Source of the DNA: Candidatus Dormiibacterota bacterium | Lineage (GTDB): Bacteria > Chloroflexota > Dormibacteria > Aeolococcales > Aeolococcaceae | Length of the DNA: 64,000 nt | Reading direction: 5' to 3' | Assembly (NCBI GenBank): GCA_963789735.1 | Contig: CAWBLV010000001.1 | Location: forward strand, 213,822 to 277,821 | Part shown: piece after piece, positions 56,429 through 64,000 of the stretch | Numbering within the stretch: the stretch's first letter is position 1 | Layout of the letters: every line of letters starts with the position of its first letter | Notes under the pieces: generated by a model | Seen by the model: only the letters and a program-made list of their open reading frames with translations | Told to the model about the DNA's origin: nothing | Database searches by the model: none | Made by a program: the position numbers and the translations under genes

Positions 56429-56972
56429 ATGCAGAGGGGATCGCAGGTCGATCGCAGAATCGGTCGTGTTGCGCGTTTGGTTCACGCGGGGCGGAGGATG
56501 TGGGTGATGGCAGCACCGAGCGCCGGCGGAGACGAGCGCTCCCTGAGGCTGCCCGAGGTCGCCATCGATGCATTGATGCGCACGCAGCGCCGGGGCGAGC
56601 TGGTCTGGCCGGGATCCGGGGGCGACCCCATGCCAGCCTCATCGTTCTGCACGCGCTGGGCGGCGATGCGGCGGCGAGCCGGCATCCGCCCGGTCAATTT
56701 CCATGCCTTGCGGCACACAGCGGCGACGCTCGCCCTCGAGGACGGCATCTCGCCGCACGTCGTGGCCGCGATGCTCGGGCACGCTTCGGTCGCCACCACG
56801 CTTGGGGTGTATGCGCACGTCACCCATGTCAGTCTTGACGCGCTGACGCAGGCGATCAATTCCCGCCACCACGTCCGTGACGATGTCCGGGTCATCAGCG
56901 GCGAGACAACGCCACGTGATGAGGGTACGAATGAGGGTACGGAGCTGAAACCTCGTTTTCCGTCAACGGGAA
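56429..56972 (+). pseudogene. tyrosine recombinase/integrase, C-terminal catalytic fragment only
   Basis: HALRHTAATLAL (HxxR) and LGHASVATTLGVYAHV (His..Tyr) are present. The N-terminal SAM-like domain and first catalytic Arg are absent. The reading frame runs on into the IS. Confidence 0.75.
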
Positions 56973-56989
56973 AAGAGTGCCGAGAAAGG

Positions 56990-58272
56990 TGTCGTGTTTC
57001 ACGACATATTGGACGGATGTCTCAAGACATAGTGGACACCCACGTTTGGCGGGGGTGTCGCTATGGCTCTGGGGCGCTATGTGGTGGACGCGGTGCTGTT
57101 CGGTGGGCGCAGCCCCACTGAACTCGCTCGCTCGCACGGGATCTCACGAAGCCGGATCTATCAGCTGATCGCCCGCTATCGGGAAGGTGGCTATGAAGCC
57201 CTCGAGCCTCGCTCACGACGACCTCGATCGTGCTCCCGCGCAGCCGCGCCGGAGATCCAGAACGCGATCGTCCGCCTGCGTCAGGAGCTCGCCGACGCCG
57301 GCCATGACTGCGGGCCACACACCATCGCTCACCACCTCTGCCTCGAGCTCGGCACGGCGCCCTCGGTGGCCACCATCTGGCGCATCCTCGCTCGTCATGG
57401 CCTGATCACTCCGGAGCCGCGCAAGCGGCCGAAGTCGTCCTTCATCCGCTTCGAGGCCGATCTGCCCAACGAGCTCTGGCAGACCGACAGCACCCACTGG
57501 CAGCTCGCCGATGGCACCGGCGTCGAGATCCTCAACTGCCTCGACGACCACTCCCGACTGCTCGTGGTCTCCGACGCCTTCGTCACCATCAAGGCCGCGG
57601 ACGTCGTCGAAAGCCTTTACACCGCCTGGGAGATCTGTGGCTACCCCGCCGCCCTCCTGAGCGACAACGGGGCTGTCTTCAGTGGCAAGACGCGCAAAGG
57701 CAAGGTGCTCCTCGAGTCCGAACTGGAGCGACTCGGCATCGTCGCCAAACACTCCACGCCGTATCACCCGCAGACCTGCGGCAAGGTCGAACGCTTCCAT
57801 CAGACCCAGAAGAAGTTCCTCGACAAGCAGGCGCCGGCATCGACCGTGGCCGTCCTCCAGGCACAACTCGACGCATTCCGCACTTACTACAACCAGCACC
57901 GCCCCCATCGCGCCCTCGACGGCGAAACCCCTCTGCACGCCTATCACGCCCGCATCAAGGCCGCTCCCACCGCCGCACCACCACCCATCCACTACCGCGT
58001 GCGCCACGACCGCGTCGACAAGTCAGGCCGGGTCACGGTGCGCTACCTCAGCCGGCTCCATCACATCGGCATCGGCTGCGCGTACAAGCACCAGCCCATC
58101 ACGCTGCTGATCGCTAACAAAGACATCCGCGTCCTGGCCGAGGACGGCTCGCTGCTCCGTCAACTCACCCTCGACCCACGACGCGACTATCAGCCCCGAG
58201 GAGTGCGCCCTGGCCGCCTTAAACTGTCCACGATGTCGTGAGACATGTGTCCACGATGTCTTGCGACATCAC
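56990..58272 (+). mobile_element. IS481-family insertion sequence, copy 2
   Basis: Same element offset by 2771 bp; the only difference I found is A/G at 54959/57730 (Gln/Arg); flanked by the same 17-bp repeat (56973-56989 and 58273-58289). Confidence 0.9.
57063..58241 (+). CDS. IS481-family DDE transposase
   Basis: 392 aa, one residue different from copy 1. Confidence 0.95.
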   Translation: MALGRYVVDAVLFGGRSPTELARSHGISRSRIYQLIARYREGGYEALEPRSRRPRSCSRAAAPEIQNAIVRLRQELADAGHDCGPHTIAHHLCLELGTAPSVATIWRILARHGLITPEPRKRPKSSFIRFEADLPNELWQTDSTHWQLADGTGVEILNCLDDHSRLLVVSDAFVTIKAADVVESLYTAWEICGYPAALLSDNGAVFSGKTRKGKVLLESELERLGIVAKHSTPYHPQTCGKVERFHQTQKKFLDKQAPASTVAVLQAQLDAFRTYYNQHRPHRALDGETPLHAYHARIKAAPTAAPPPIHYRVRHDRVDKSGRVTVRYLSRLHHIGIGCAYKHQPITLLIANKDIRVLAEDGSLLRQLTLDPRRDYQPRGVRPGRLKLSTMS

Positions 58273-58277
58273 AAGAG

Positions 58278-58361
58278 TGCCGAGAAAGGGAATCGAACCC
58301 TTACGCCCTTACGAGCACAGCGCCCTGAACGCTGCGTGTCTACCAGTTCCACCACCTCGGC
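58278..58361 (-). tRNA. tRNA-Leu (anticodon CAG), long variable arm, CCA not encoded
   Basis: Reverse complement GCCGAGG-UG-GUGGAACUGGUAGACAC-G-CAGCG-UUCAGGG-CGCUG-UGCUCGUAAGGGCGU-AAGGG-UUCGAUU-CCCUU-UCUCGGC-A. Confidence 0.9.
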
Positions 58362-58406
58362 CAGGTGCCCGTCGATAGTAGCAGCGCCTCCCGGCGGTGC
58401 CCACGC

Positions 58407-60009
58407 CTAATGGATCTCCCAGGATCCGATCTCGTCGTAGCGGGCGGACTCTGGACCGAGCGCCGGTATCGGTGCGGTCGGCGCGGGTGACCGGAAGACG
58501 ATGGAGATCCTCGGCGTGTAGAGAAAGACGGCCGGGGCGTCCGCCGCGATCAGCGCGGCGACCTGCGCGGCAGCGCTGACGCGGACGGCCTTCACCGGCG
58601 ACTCAGCGAGCATATCCAGAGCGGCGTCGAGGAACGGGTCGGGTGTGCCGGCCGACACGTTGTAGCCGTGCGGCGGATTGGCGTTGGACCGCCAGAACGC
58701 GCTGACGTCGGGGTCCGGGAGTGGATTCCATGAGTTCGATCGCGAGTTGGAAGTGACCACTCTCGAGCGTCCCGCTGAGAAAGGTCTGCGGGAGCACCGG
58801 ATCCACGGTCACCTGGACGCCGATCACCGCAAGCTGCGAGGCGACCTCGCGCGCGACGACCGGGAGCGGGTTGATGTCCGGCACTGCCAGCGTGAATGCG
58901 AGCTGCGTCGGGCCATTCGCGCGCACACCGTCGGAGCCGGGCGTCCATCCGTTGGCCTGGAGGACGGACTCCGCGACGCTCGGTGAGATCGCCTCGATCG
59001 AGGGAGGTCCGACCCACGGGATCCCCGCGGAGAACGGGCTCGTCTGAATCTCGCCGCCGCTGCCTCCGAGCGCGCCCGTCACCAACGCGGAACGATTGAT
59101 GGCGATGCCGATGGCATGGCGCACCACGGAGTTCGCGAGCGCGGGAACGCGCTCGTTGAACATGAGATCGACGAAGTCCGGCGTGGTCATGCTCTCCGCC
59201 TGGGCGCCTTTGACGGCGATTAGCGTCGACAGCTCCTCGGGCGTGCTCGCGAGGAGTGCGTTGATGCTCCCCTGCGCGAACGCGCCTGCTGCATCGGCGA
59301 AGGTGAGGAAGAGGCGCAACTCGTAGCTCGTGATCGACGGATGGGCTGCGGAGTGCGGGTTCGGCTGGAGCACGAGCATCAGCGCTGCCGCCGACTGAAC
59401 GTCGTAGATGCCAGACGTCGGCATCGGCGTCGTCGGATGCGCTCCGGCCTCCTCCACCTGCGTCGCGGTGAGCGGTCCCAACGGAAGGATCGGCAGCTGG
59501 GTCAGCGTTGCGGCGAATGAGGCCCGCGGCGCTGCCAGCGTGAACGTGACGGACGACGGATGCGCGGCGACGGTCACTCCTCGCAGCGCCGTCAGCAGTG
59601 TCGCGTCACTTGCCTGCGCCGACAGGGCGAATGAGACGGTCGCGACCACATCGGCGCTGGTGATCGGTGTCCCATTCGACCACTCGAGGTTGGGCCTGAG
59701 CACGACCGTGTAGACCAGGCCATTGGTGCTGACGCTATAGGACTCTGCGAGATCGGTCGTCGGATAGCCGGTGCTGTCGAGCTTCAGCAGCGAGCGATAC
59801 AGCAGATGGCCCACGTCGACGACGGCCGGGTCGGAAGCATCCACAAGTGGGTTCAGCGACATCGGACGTTCGCTGACCACCAGGCCCTCGGTGAACTGCG
59901 GGCCGCCGATCAGCCCGAAATGCAGGGAGAGCGCGAAGCCGATCGCCCCGAGTGCAAGGATCGCGAGCAGCGTCCCGGCGAAGACCTCAATCGGTCGATG
60001 CCGCGGCAG
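58407..60009 (-). pseudogene. family-5 (peptide/nickel, OppA/DppA-like) ABC substrate-binding protein; apparent +1-nt frameshift near 58731; start unresolved
   Basis: Body is in ORF 58603-60294, C-terminus in ORF 58407-58760. The junction IEL-WNPLPDPD is restored by deleting one nt. There is no ATG/GTG/TTG between the secG stop and the signal-anchor helix (only CTG 60009). Confidence 0.65.
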
Positions 60010-60014
60010 CCACC

Positions 60015-60248
60015 TTACTTGGTGACGTAGGTGGCGAGGACCGAGACGATGACGAAGAGCGCGATCATCGCCGCGGAGAACCGGAGCAGGCTGGCTTCGA
60101 GGCCGCGCCGGCGACGGTACCCGCCGCCCGAGTCTCCTCCACCACCGATGGTGCCGCCAAGACCGGTCGACTTCGGGGTCTGCAGGAGGATGCCAAGGAT
60201 CGCCAGGACCCCGATCACCACTTGGGCCACGGTGAGAGCCGTCTTCAC
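60015..60248 (-). CDS. secG: preprotein translocase subunit SecG
   Basis: GTG 60248 nine nt after AAGGAGG; 77 aa; two TM helices separated by a Gly-rich loop (LLQTPKSTGLGGTIGGGG). Confidence 0.8.
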   Translation of the reverse strand: MKTALTVAQVVIGVLAILGILLQTPKSTGLGGTIGGGGDSGGGYRRRRGLEASLLRFSAAMIALFVIVSVLATYVTK

Positions 60249-60394
60249 GCAACAACGCCTCCTTGGCAATGCATCGGCCCGAGTATAGGTGCATTGACGC
60301 GACCCGCTCCTCCGCGGTGGCGTATCGGGTGTGGCGCAGCGGCGTCTCGACGCGCCCCGAGAACTACGCTCCTGTGTGGTAGTGTGTCCACGAA

Positions 60395-61459
60395 ATGTCT
60401 GCGCCGCATATGTCCGTCGGGTCCATCTGGCGCTGCGCGATTGGCGCGGTCGCCGCGGCAGCACTGGTTGTCGGATGCGCCCAGATCCAGGCGTCGGCAG
60501 TGCGCACTCCCGCGCCCGCACCGCTGCTGGGACCGGCGCCCCCGGTCATGGTGGGCGCCGACCAGGTGACGCTGCTGCGCAGCGGGCCGGCGACGTTCGC
60601 CCGCATCGAATCGCTGATCAACGCCGCTCGGTCAAGCATCCACGTCGAGATCTACGAGTTCGGGCAGCAGGGGCTCGCCGATGCGCTCATCGCTGCGGAA
60701 GCGCGCGGCGTGGCCGTCACCGTCATCGACGATCCGTCGGAGTTGAGCAGCGCTGCCACGGCCGCGCGCCTGCGGACCGCCGGCGTGGACGTTGTGGACT
60801 ATCCGGTGCGTAAGGAGATGATCGACCACGTCAAGCTTCTCGTCGTCGACGCGCAGGTTGCGGTCGTTGGTGGCATCAACTGGGGCGTGAACTCGCCGGC
60901 CAACCACGATTACGACGCCGAGCTTCGCGGCCCTGCCGTCCACAACCTCGATCGCGTCTTCTTGCGAGATCTCGTCACGTGCGGGCGCGACATGGCCGTC
61001 GCTGACGCCGTGCGCGACTCCTCCATCGACGTCGCCGCGACGTTGCCCGGCGCGGAGATCCGCCCGCTCGCCCTCGGACTCATCGACGGCGCGCAGCACA
61101 CGCTCGACCTCGAGCTCTTCGTCCTCACCGACACCGGCGTCGTGCACGCCCTCGAGGCAGCGTCCCTGCGGGGCGTCGCGGTTCGCGTGTTGCTCGACCC
61201 TTCGCAGCCGTCGAGTGAACCTGCGTACGCTGCGCTCCTGAGCGACGGGATTCAGGTGCGCTGGTATCGGAGCCGAGGCGAGCTGCTTCACGCCAAGGCG
61301 ATCGTTGCGGACGCGACCTCCGTCCTCTTCGGGAGCGCCAACTGGTCCGGTGGAGGCTTCGCGCGCAACCACGAGCTCGACATCGAGCTTCCTTCCGCCC
61401 CCCTGGTGGCCGCGGCGATGCTTGATCAGATGAATCTCAATTGGGCGGCCAGCTCCTGA
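60395..61459 (+). CDS. secreted phospholipase D / cardiolipin-synthase-like protein (two HKD motifs)
   Basis: Lipobox-like LVVGCAQ; HVKLLVVDAQVAVVGGINW and LHAKAIVADATSVLFGSANW. Confidence 0.8.
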   Translation: MSAPHMSVGSIWRCAIGAVAAAALVVGCAQIQASAVRTPAPAPLLGPAPPVMVGADQVTLLRSGPATFARIESLINAARSSIHVEIYEFGQQGLADALIAAEARGVAVTVIDDPSELSSAATAARLRTAGVDVVDYPVRKEMIDHVKLLVVDAQVAVVGGINWGVNSPANHDYDAELRGPAVHNLDRVFLRDLVTCGRDMAVADAVRDSSIDVAATLPGAEIRPLALGLIDGAQHTLDLELFVLTDTGVVHALEAASLRGVAVRVLLDPSQPSSEPAYAALLSDGIQVRWYRSRGELLHAKAIVADATSVLFGSANWSGGGFARNHELDIELPSAPLVAAAMLDQMNLNWAASS

Positions 61460-61466
61460 GGCGGAA

Positions 61467-61496
61467 TTGACAAGCGACCGCTCTCGATATATCGTT
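61467..61496 (+). promoter_or_regulatory. candidate promoter of the PadR gene with embedded 10-bp palindrome
   Basis: TTGACA (61467-61472), 17-nt spacer, TATCGT (61490-61495); CGATATATCG palindrome at 61485-61494; AAGGAG RBS and ATG 61529 downstream. Confidence 0.35.
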
Positions 61497-61528
61497 GGCA
61501 CATCGGATCAACGCCAAGGAGCGTACAT

Positions 61529-62218
61529 ATGACCAGAGAACGAACCCACCACAGCCGCCATCAGGAGCCCGCGGACAGTCTTCGGGAAGCCGCCGGGCGC
61601 TTCCATCATCACGTCCGCGAGCACCTGGAGCGCGGCGGCCGCGACCGCCACCGGGGTGGATGGTCCCCATTCGACGATCCCAGGTTGGCGGGCGACCCCA
61701 GATTCGCCGGTTTCGGTGGTCCCGGAGGCTTCGGTGGCCACGGCAGGCGTGCCGCACGTGGCGACGTCCGGGCCGCGATTCTCGTGCTGCTCGCCGAGAA
61801 GCAGTCGCACGGGTACCAGATCATTCAGGAGCTTGAACGGCGCAGCGAAGGCGCTTGGCGCGCAAGCCCCGGATCGGTCTACCCCACCCTGCAACAGCTC
61901 GAGGATGAAGGGCTCGTGCGGGCAGTCGAGGCCGACGGCGGACGTCGCGTCTTCGAACTGACCGACACCGGCAAGGAAGAAGCGGCGAAGCTTGCCGCCG
62001 GTCCTGCACCGTGGGCGGAGGCTGCCGGCTCTGTCGGTGGCGATCATCGCGATCTCCGTGAACAGATCTTTCAGCTGTTGGCAGCCACGGCCCAGGTCGG
62101 CCGTTCCGGGGATTCGGCCCATATCGCCGAGGCACGCAAGATCCTCCACGAAGCTCGCCGCAAGCTCTATCTGCTCCTCGCGGGCAGTGAGTCCCCGTCC
62201 GAAAAGACCGAGGACTGA
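61529..62218 (+). CDS. PadR family transcriptional regulator with Gly/His-rich N-terminal extension
   Basis: ILVLLAEKQSHGYQIIQELERRSEGAWRASPGSVYPTLQQLEDEGLV winged-helix motif. Confidence 0.85.
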   Translation: MTRERTHHSRHQEPADSLREAAGRFHHHVREHLERGGRDRHRGGWSPFDDPRLAGDPRFAGFGGPGGFGGHGRRAARGDVRAAILVLLAEKQSHGYQIIQELERRSEGAWRASPGSVYPTLQQLEDEGLVRAVEADGGRRVFELTDTGKEEAAKLAAGPAPWAEAAGSVGGDHRDLREQIFQLLAATAQVGRSGDSAHIAEARKILHEARRKLYLLLAGSESPSEKTED

Positions 62219-62404
62219 CGACAGGCACCTGTCGCCGGAGGCCACGACGATAGGGACATGACCCAGAACGCCGTGATCATCGACGCCGCGACCCGCTTCC
62301 TCCGGAGCAACCCCGAGTTGCTTCAGTTCGCGAGGCGCGGCGCCGGTGAGACCGGCCAGCGGGTCGAGGACCTCCTCGCCGACGCGGTGCTTCGGATCTG
62401 GAAA

Positions 62405-63223
62405 TCAGGCTTCGAGGCGATATCGGAGGAAGAGGTGGTCGTCGGACCGCCGCACCGACGCGATCGCCGCCCCGAGCAGCGCCTTCGCGGGCGCCGCCCA
62501 GCCGTCGACGATCCCCGGCCGCGGCTCAGCGTGATCGCGTCCCGCAACTCGTGGCGAGATGGTCAGGAACAGCTCGTGAACGGCACCGTCCGCTAGGAGG
62601 CGGCCAAAGAGCGACGGCCCGCCCTCACAGAGCAGTAGCCCGGGACCTATCGCCGCCGCCACGGCAGCCACGATTTCCGCCCCGCTCAGTGCCCCTCCGT
62701 GACCGGCTTCGATGACCGTGGCACGCGGATGCGCCGCGCGAACCTTGTCCGCTCCGGCACGCGACGTCACCACCGCCACACTCGTCGCGGGGCGATCCAG
62801 GGCGACGTGGGCAGGAAGATCGCCGCTCGACGACACGACGACGAGCGCCGGCGGTTCTGTGGCACCGGTTCGCTCGAATCGGTACGCGTCAATCGCTGCC
62901 GCGTCTTCGCCCGCCACTGCTGCCGGCGTCCATTGATGACCGGGTGTCGCGCGCAGATTGCCGGCGCCGATCATCACTGCGTCAACGCTTGCGCGCAGCA
63001 GTGACATGAGATATCGGTCGGCGCGCGAGTTGCCACTCAGCGTCGTCGAGTCGCTGCCGTCGGTGAGTCCCAGCGAAGCTATGCCGTCGATGGAAGCGAC
63101 GAAGTTGGCGATGACATATGGCCGTGGCGACCCGGGAAAGCGCAGCGGCCGGCCGTACGGAGTTTCTGCTCCAACCGGATCGCCGGTGGCGGAGTCGCTC
63201 AGGACCTGATAGTCCGGCGGCAC
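62405..63223 (-). CDS. RibD C-terminal-domain / dihydrofolate-reductase-like pyrimidine reductase family protein
   Basis: PYVIANFVASIDGIASL ... LLCEGGPSLFGRLLADGAVHELFLTISP. Confidence 0.8.
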   Translation of the reverse strand: MPPDYQVLSDSATGDPVGAETPYGRPLRFPGSPRPYVIANFVASIDGIASLGLTDGSDSTTLSGNSRADRYLMSLLRASVDAVMIGAGNLRATPGHQWTPAAVAGEDAAAIDAYRFERTGATEPPALVVVSSSGDLPAHVALDRPATSVAVVTSRAGADKVRAAHPRATVIEAGHGGALSGAEIVAAVAAAIGPGLLLCEGGPSLFGRLLADGAVHELFLTISPRVAGRDHAEPRPGIVDGWAAPAKALLGAAIASVRRSDDHLFLRYRLEA

Positions 63224-63233
63224 CGTCAGATGC

Positions 63234-64000
63234 TCAAGCGGGAATGACGGGGATGCTGTTGAGCACCCCGTCGAGCATGCGCAGAAAGCGTTGTACTTTC
63301 ACGGGTTTGGTCAAGTATGCGTGAGCGCCCGCGGCGAGCAGTTGCTTGCGGCGGCGCTCGGTTGCGTCGGCACTGCACATCACCACCGGGATGCCGGCCG
63401 TGCGCGGATCCGCCCGCAACTGCGCCAGCACCTCGTCGCCCTGGATGTCCGGAAGATGGAGGTCGAGCACGATCAGGTCGGGGTGATGCTCGCGGGCCAG
63501 CTCGAGGGTGAGTCCGCCCTGCATCGCTGTCAGGAGGTGGATCTGCGGACGCATCGAGAACACCTCTTCCATGAGCCCGATGGTTGCCAGGTTGTCCTCG
63601 ACGTACAGCACGGTGCGCTCGCAGTCGACGATCGGTGCCGGCACCGGTGGCTTGCGACGGATGCGGGGCTTGGGCGCGGCGACCGGCGAACGAGTGAGCC
63701 GGATCCAGAAGGTGCTGCCGACCCCGTGCTCGCTGTCGACGCCGATGCTGCCGTGCATGCCCTGGACAAGCTTGCGGGTCAGCGCGAGACCGAGACCGGT
63801 GCCCGGGACCGTCGTGCGCTCGGCGCCGAGACGCTCGAACGGCTGGAAGAGACGCGCCTTCTCGTCCTCGGTGAACCCGGGGCCGGTGTCGCGAACCGAG
63901 ATACGGATGAACTCGGTGCTCGCCGAGTTCGCCGGCAACGGATTCGCGGACCCGACGGCGTCCCATTCGCGCGCCGCCTCGACATAGATGTGCGCCTCGT
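63234..64000 (-). CDS. hybrid sensor histidine kinase (HATPase_c + receiver domain), 5' end outside the window
   Basis: G1/G2 boxes RDTGPGF and GTGLGLAL; then a receiver domain (VLYVEDN ... DLIVLDLHLPD ... YLTKP); the frame stays open to the window edge. Confidence 0.8.
   Translation of the reverse strand, partial: EAHIYVEAAREWDAVGSANPLPANSASTEFIRISVRDTGPGFTEDEKARLFQPFERLGAERTTVPGTGLGLALTRKLVQGMHGSIGVDSEHGVGSTFWIRLTRSPVAAPKPRIRRKPPVPAPIVDCERTVLYVEDNLATIGLMEEVFSMRPQIHLLTAMQGGLTLELAREHHPDLIVLDLHLPDIQGDEVLAQLRADPRTAGIPVVMCSADATERRRKQLLAAGAHAYLTKPVKVQRFLRMLDGVLNSIPVIPA

Noticed and set aside
62258-62596. 112-aa plus-strand ORF after the PadR gene.
   Set aside because: Only its first ~49 codons lie outside the convergent RibD_C-like gene, and the rest is antisense low-complexity sequence. 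A very short protein or a further indel cannot be excluded, but nothing supports a call.

Overview
High-GC (roughly two-thirds G+C) chromosomal segment from a Gram-positive-type, actinobacterium- or Chloroflexota-like soil bacterium; I cannot place the taxon more precisely. Most of the window is ordinary housekeeping or accessory metabolism. Recognisable genes include flavoprotein oxidoreductases, an OpuC-type osmoprotectant ABC operon, lon, secG, HtrA- and MarP-like proteases, an L,D-transpeptidase, an ECF-type sigma factor flanked by YCII genes, two bactofilins, a Rieske/cupredoxin pair, an ABC-2 exporter with a TetR regulator, and many Pro/Thr-linker lipoproteins.

Two regions are clearly accessory.

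1. Region 10985-16247 is a 5.2-kb island bounded by a perfect 43-bp direct repeat of the 3' half of tRNA-Pro(UGG). It has no integrase. It contains four head-to-tail units, each made of a conserved ~120-150 bp repeat followed by a unique ORF. The repeat ends in a tandem GGTGTCA-N5-GGTGTCA and carries a small conserved reading frame on the opposite strand. This cassette-like array, possibly a mobile polyimmunity or accessory array, is my best candidate for something undescribed.

2. Region 54002-58361 holds two near-identical IS481-family copies. Each is flanked by the same 17-bp duplication, which is the 3' end of tRNA-Leu(CAG). They are nested in the remnant of a tRNA-Leu integrative element (partial tRNA copy, N-terminally truncated tyrosine integrase) and sit next to an older IS fragment.

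Also notable is a translationally coupled pair of MutS-domain-V ATPase paralogs that lack a mismatch-binding domain.

Six otherwise well-conserved genes are each interrupted by what looks like a single extra nucleotide. This points to assembly indel errors, or less likely recent pseudogenisation, and should temper every call. All family assignments rest on motif recognition by eye. No searches were run.
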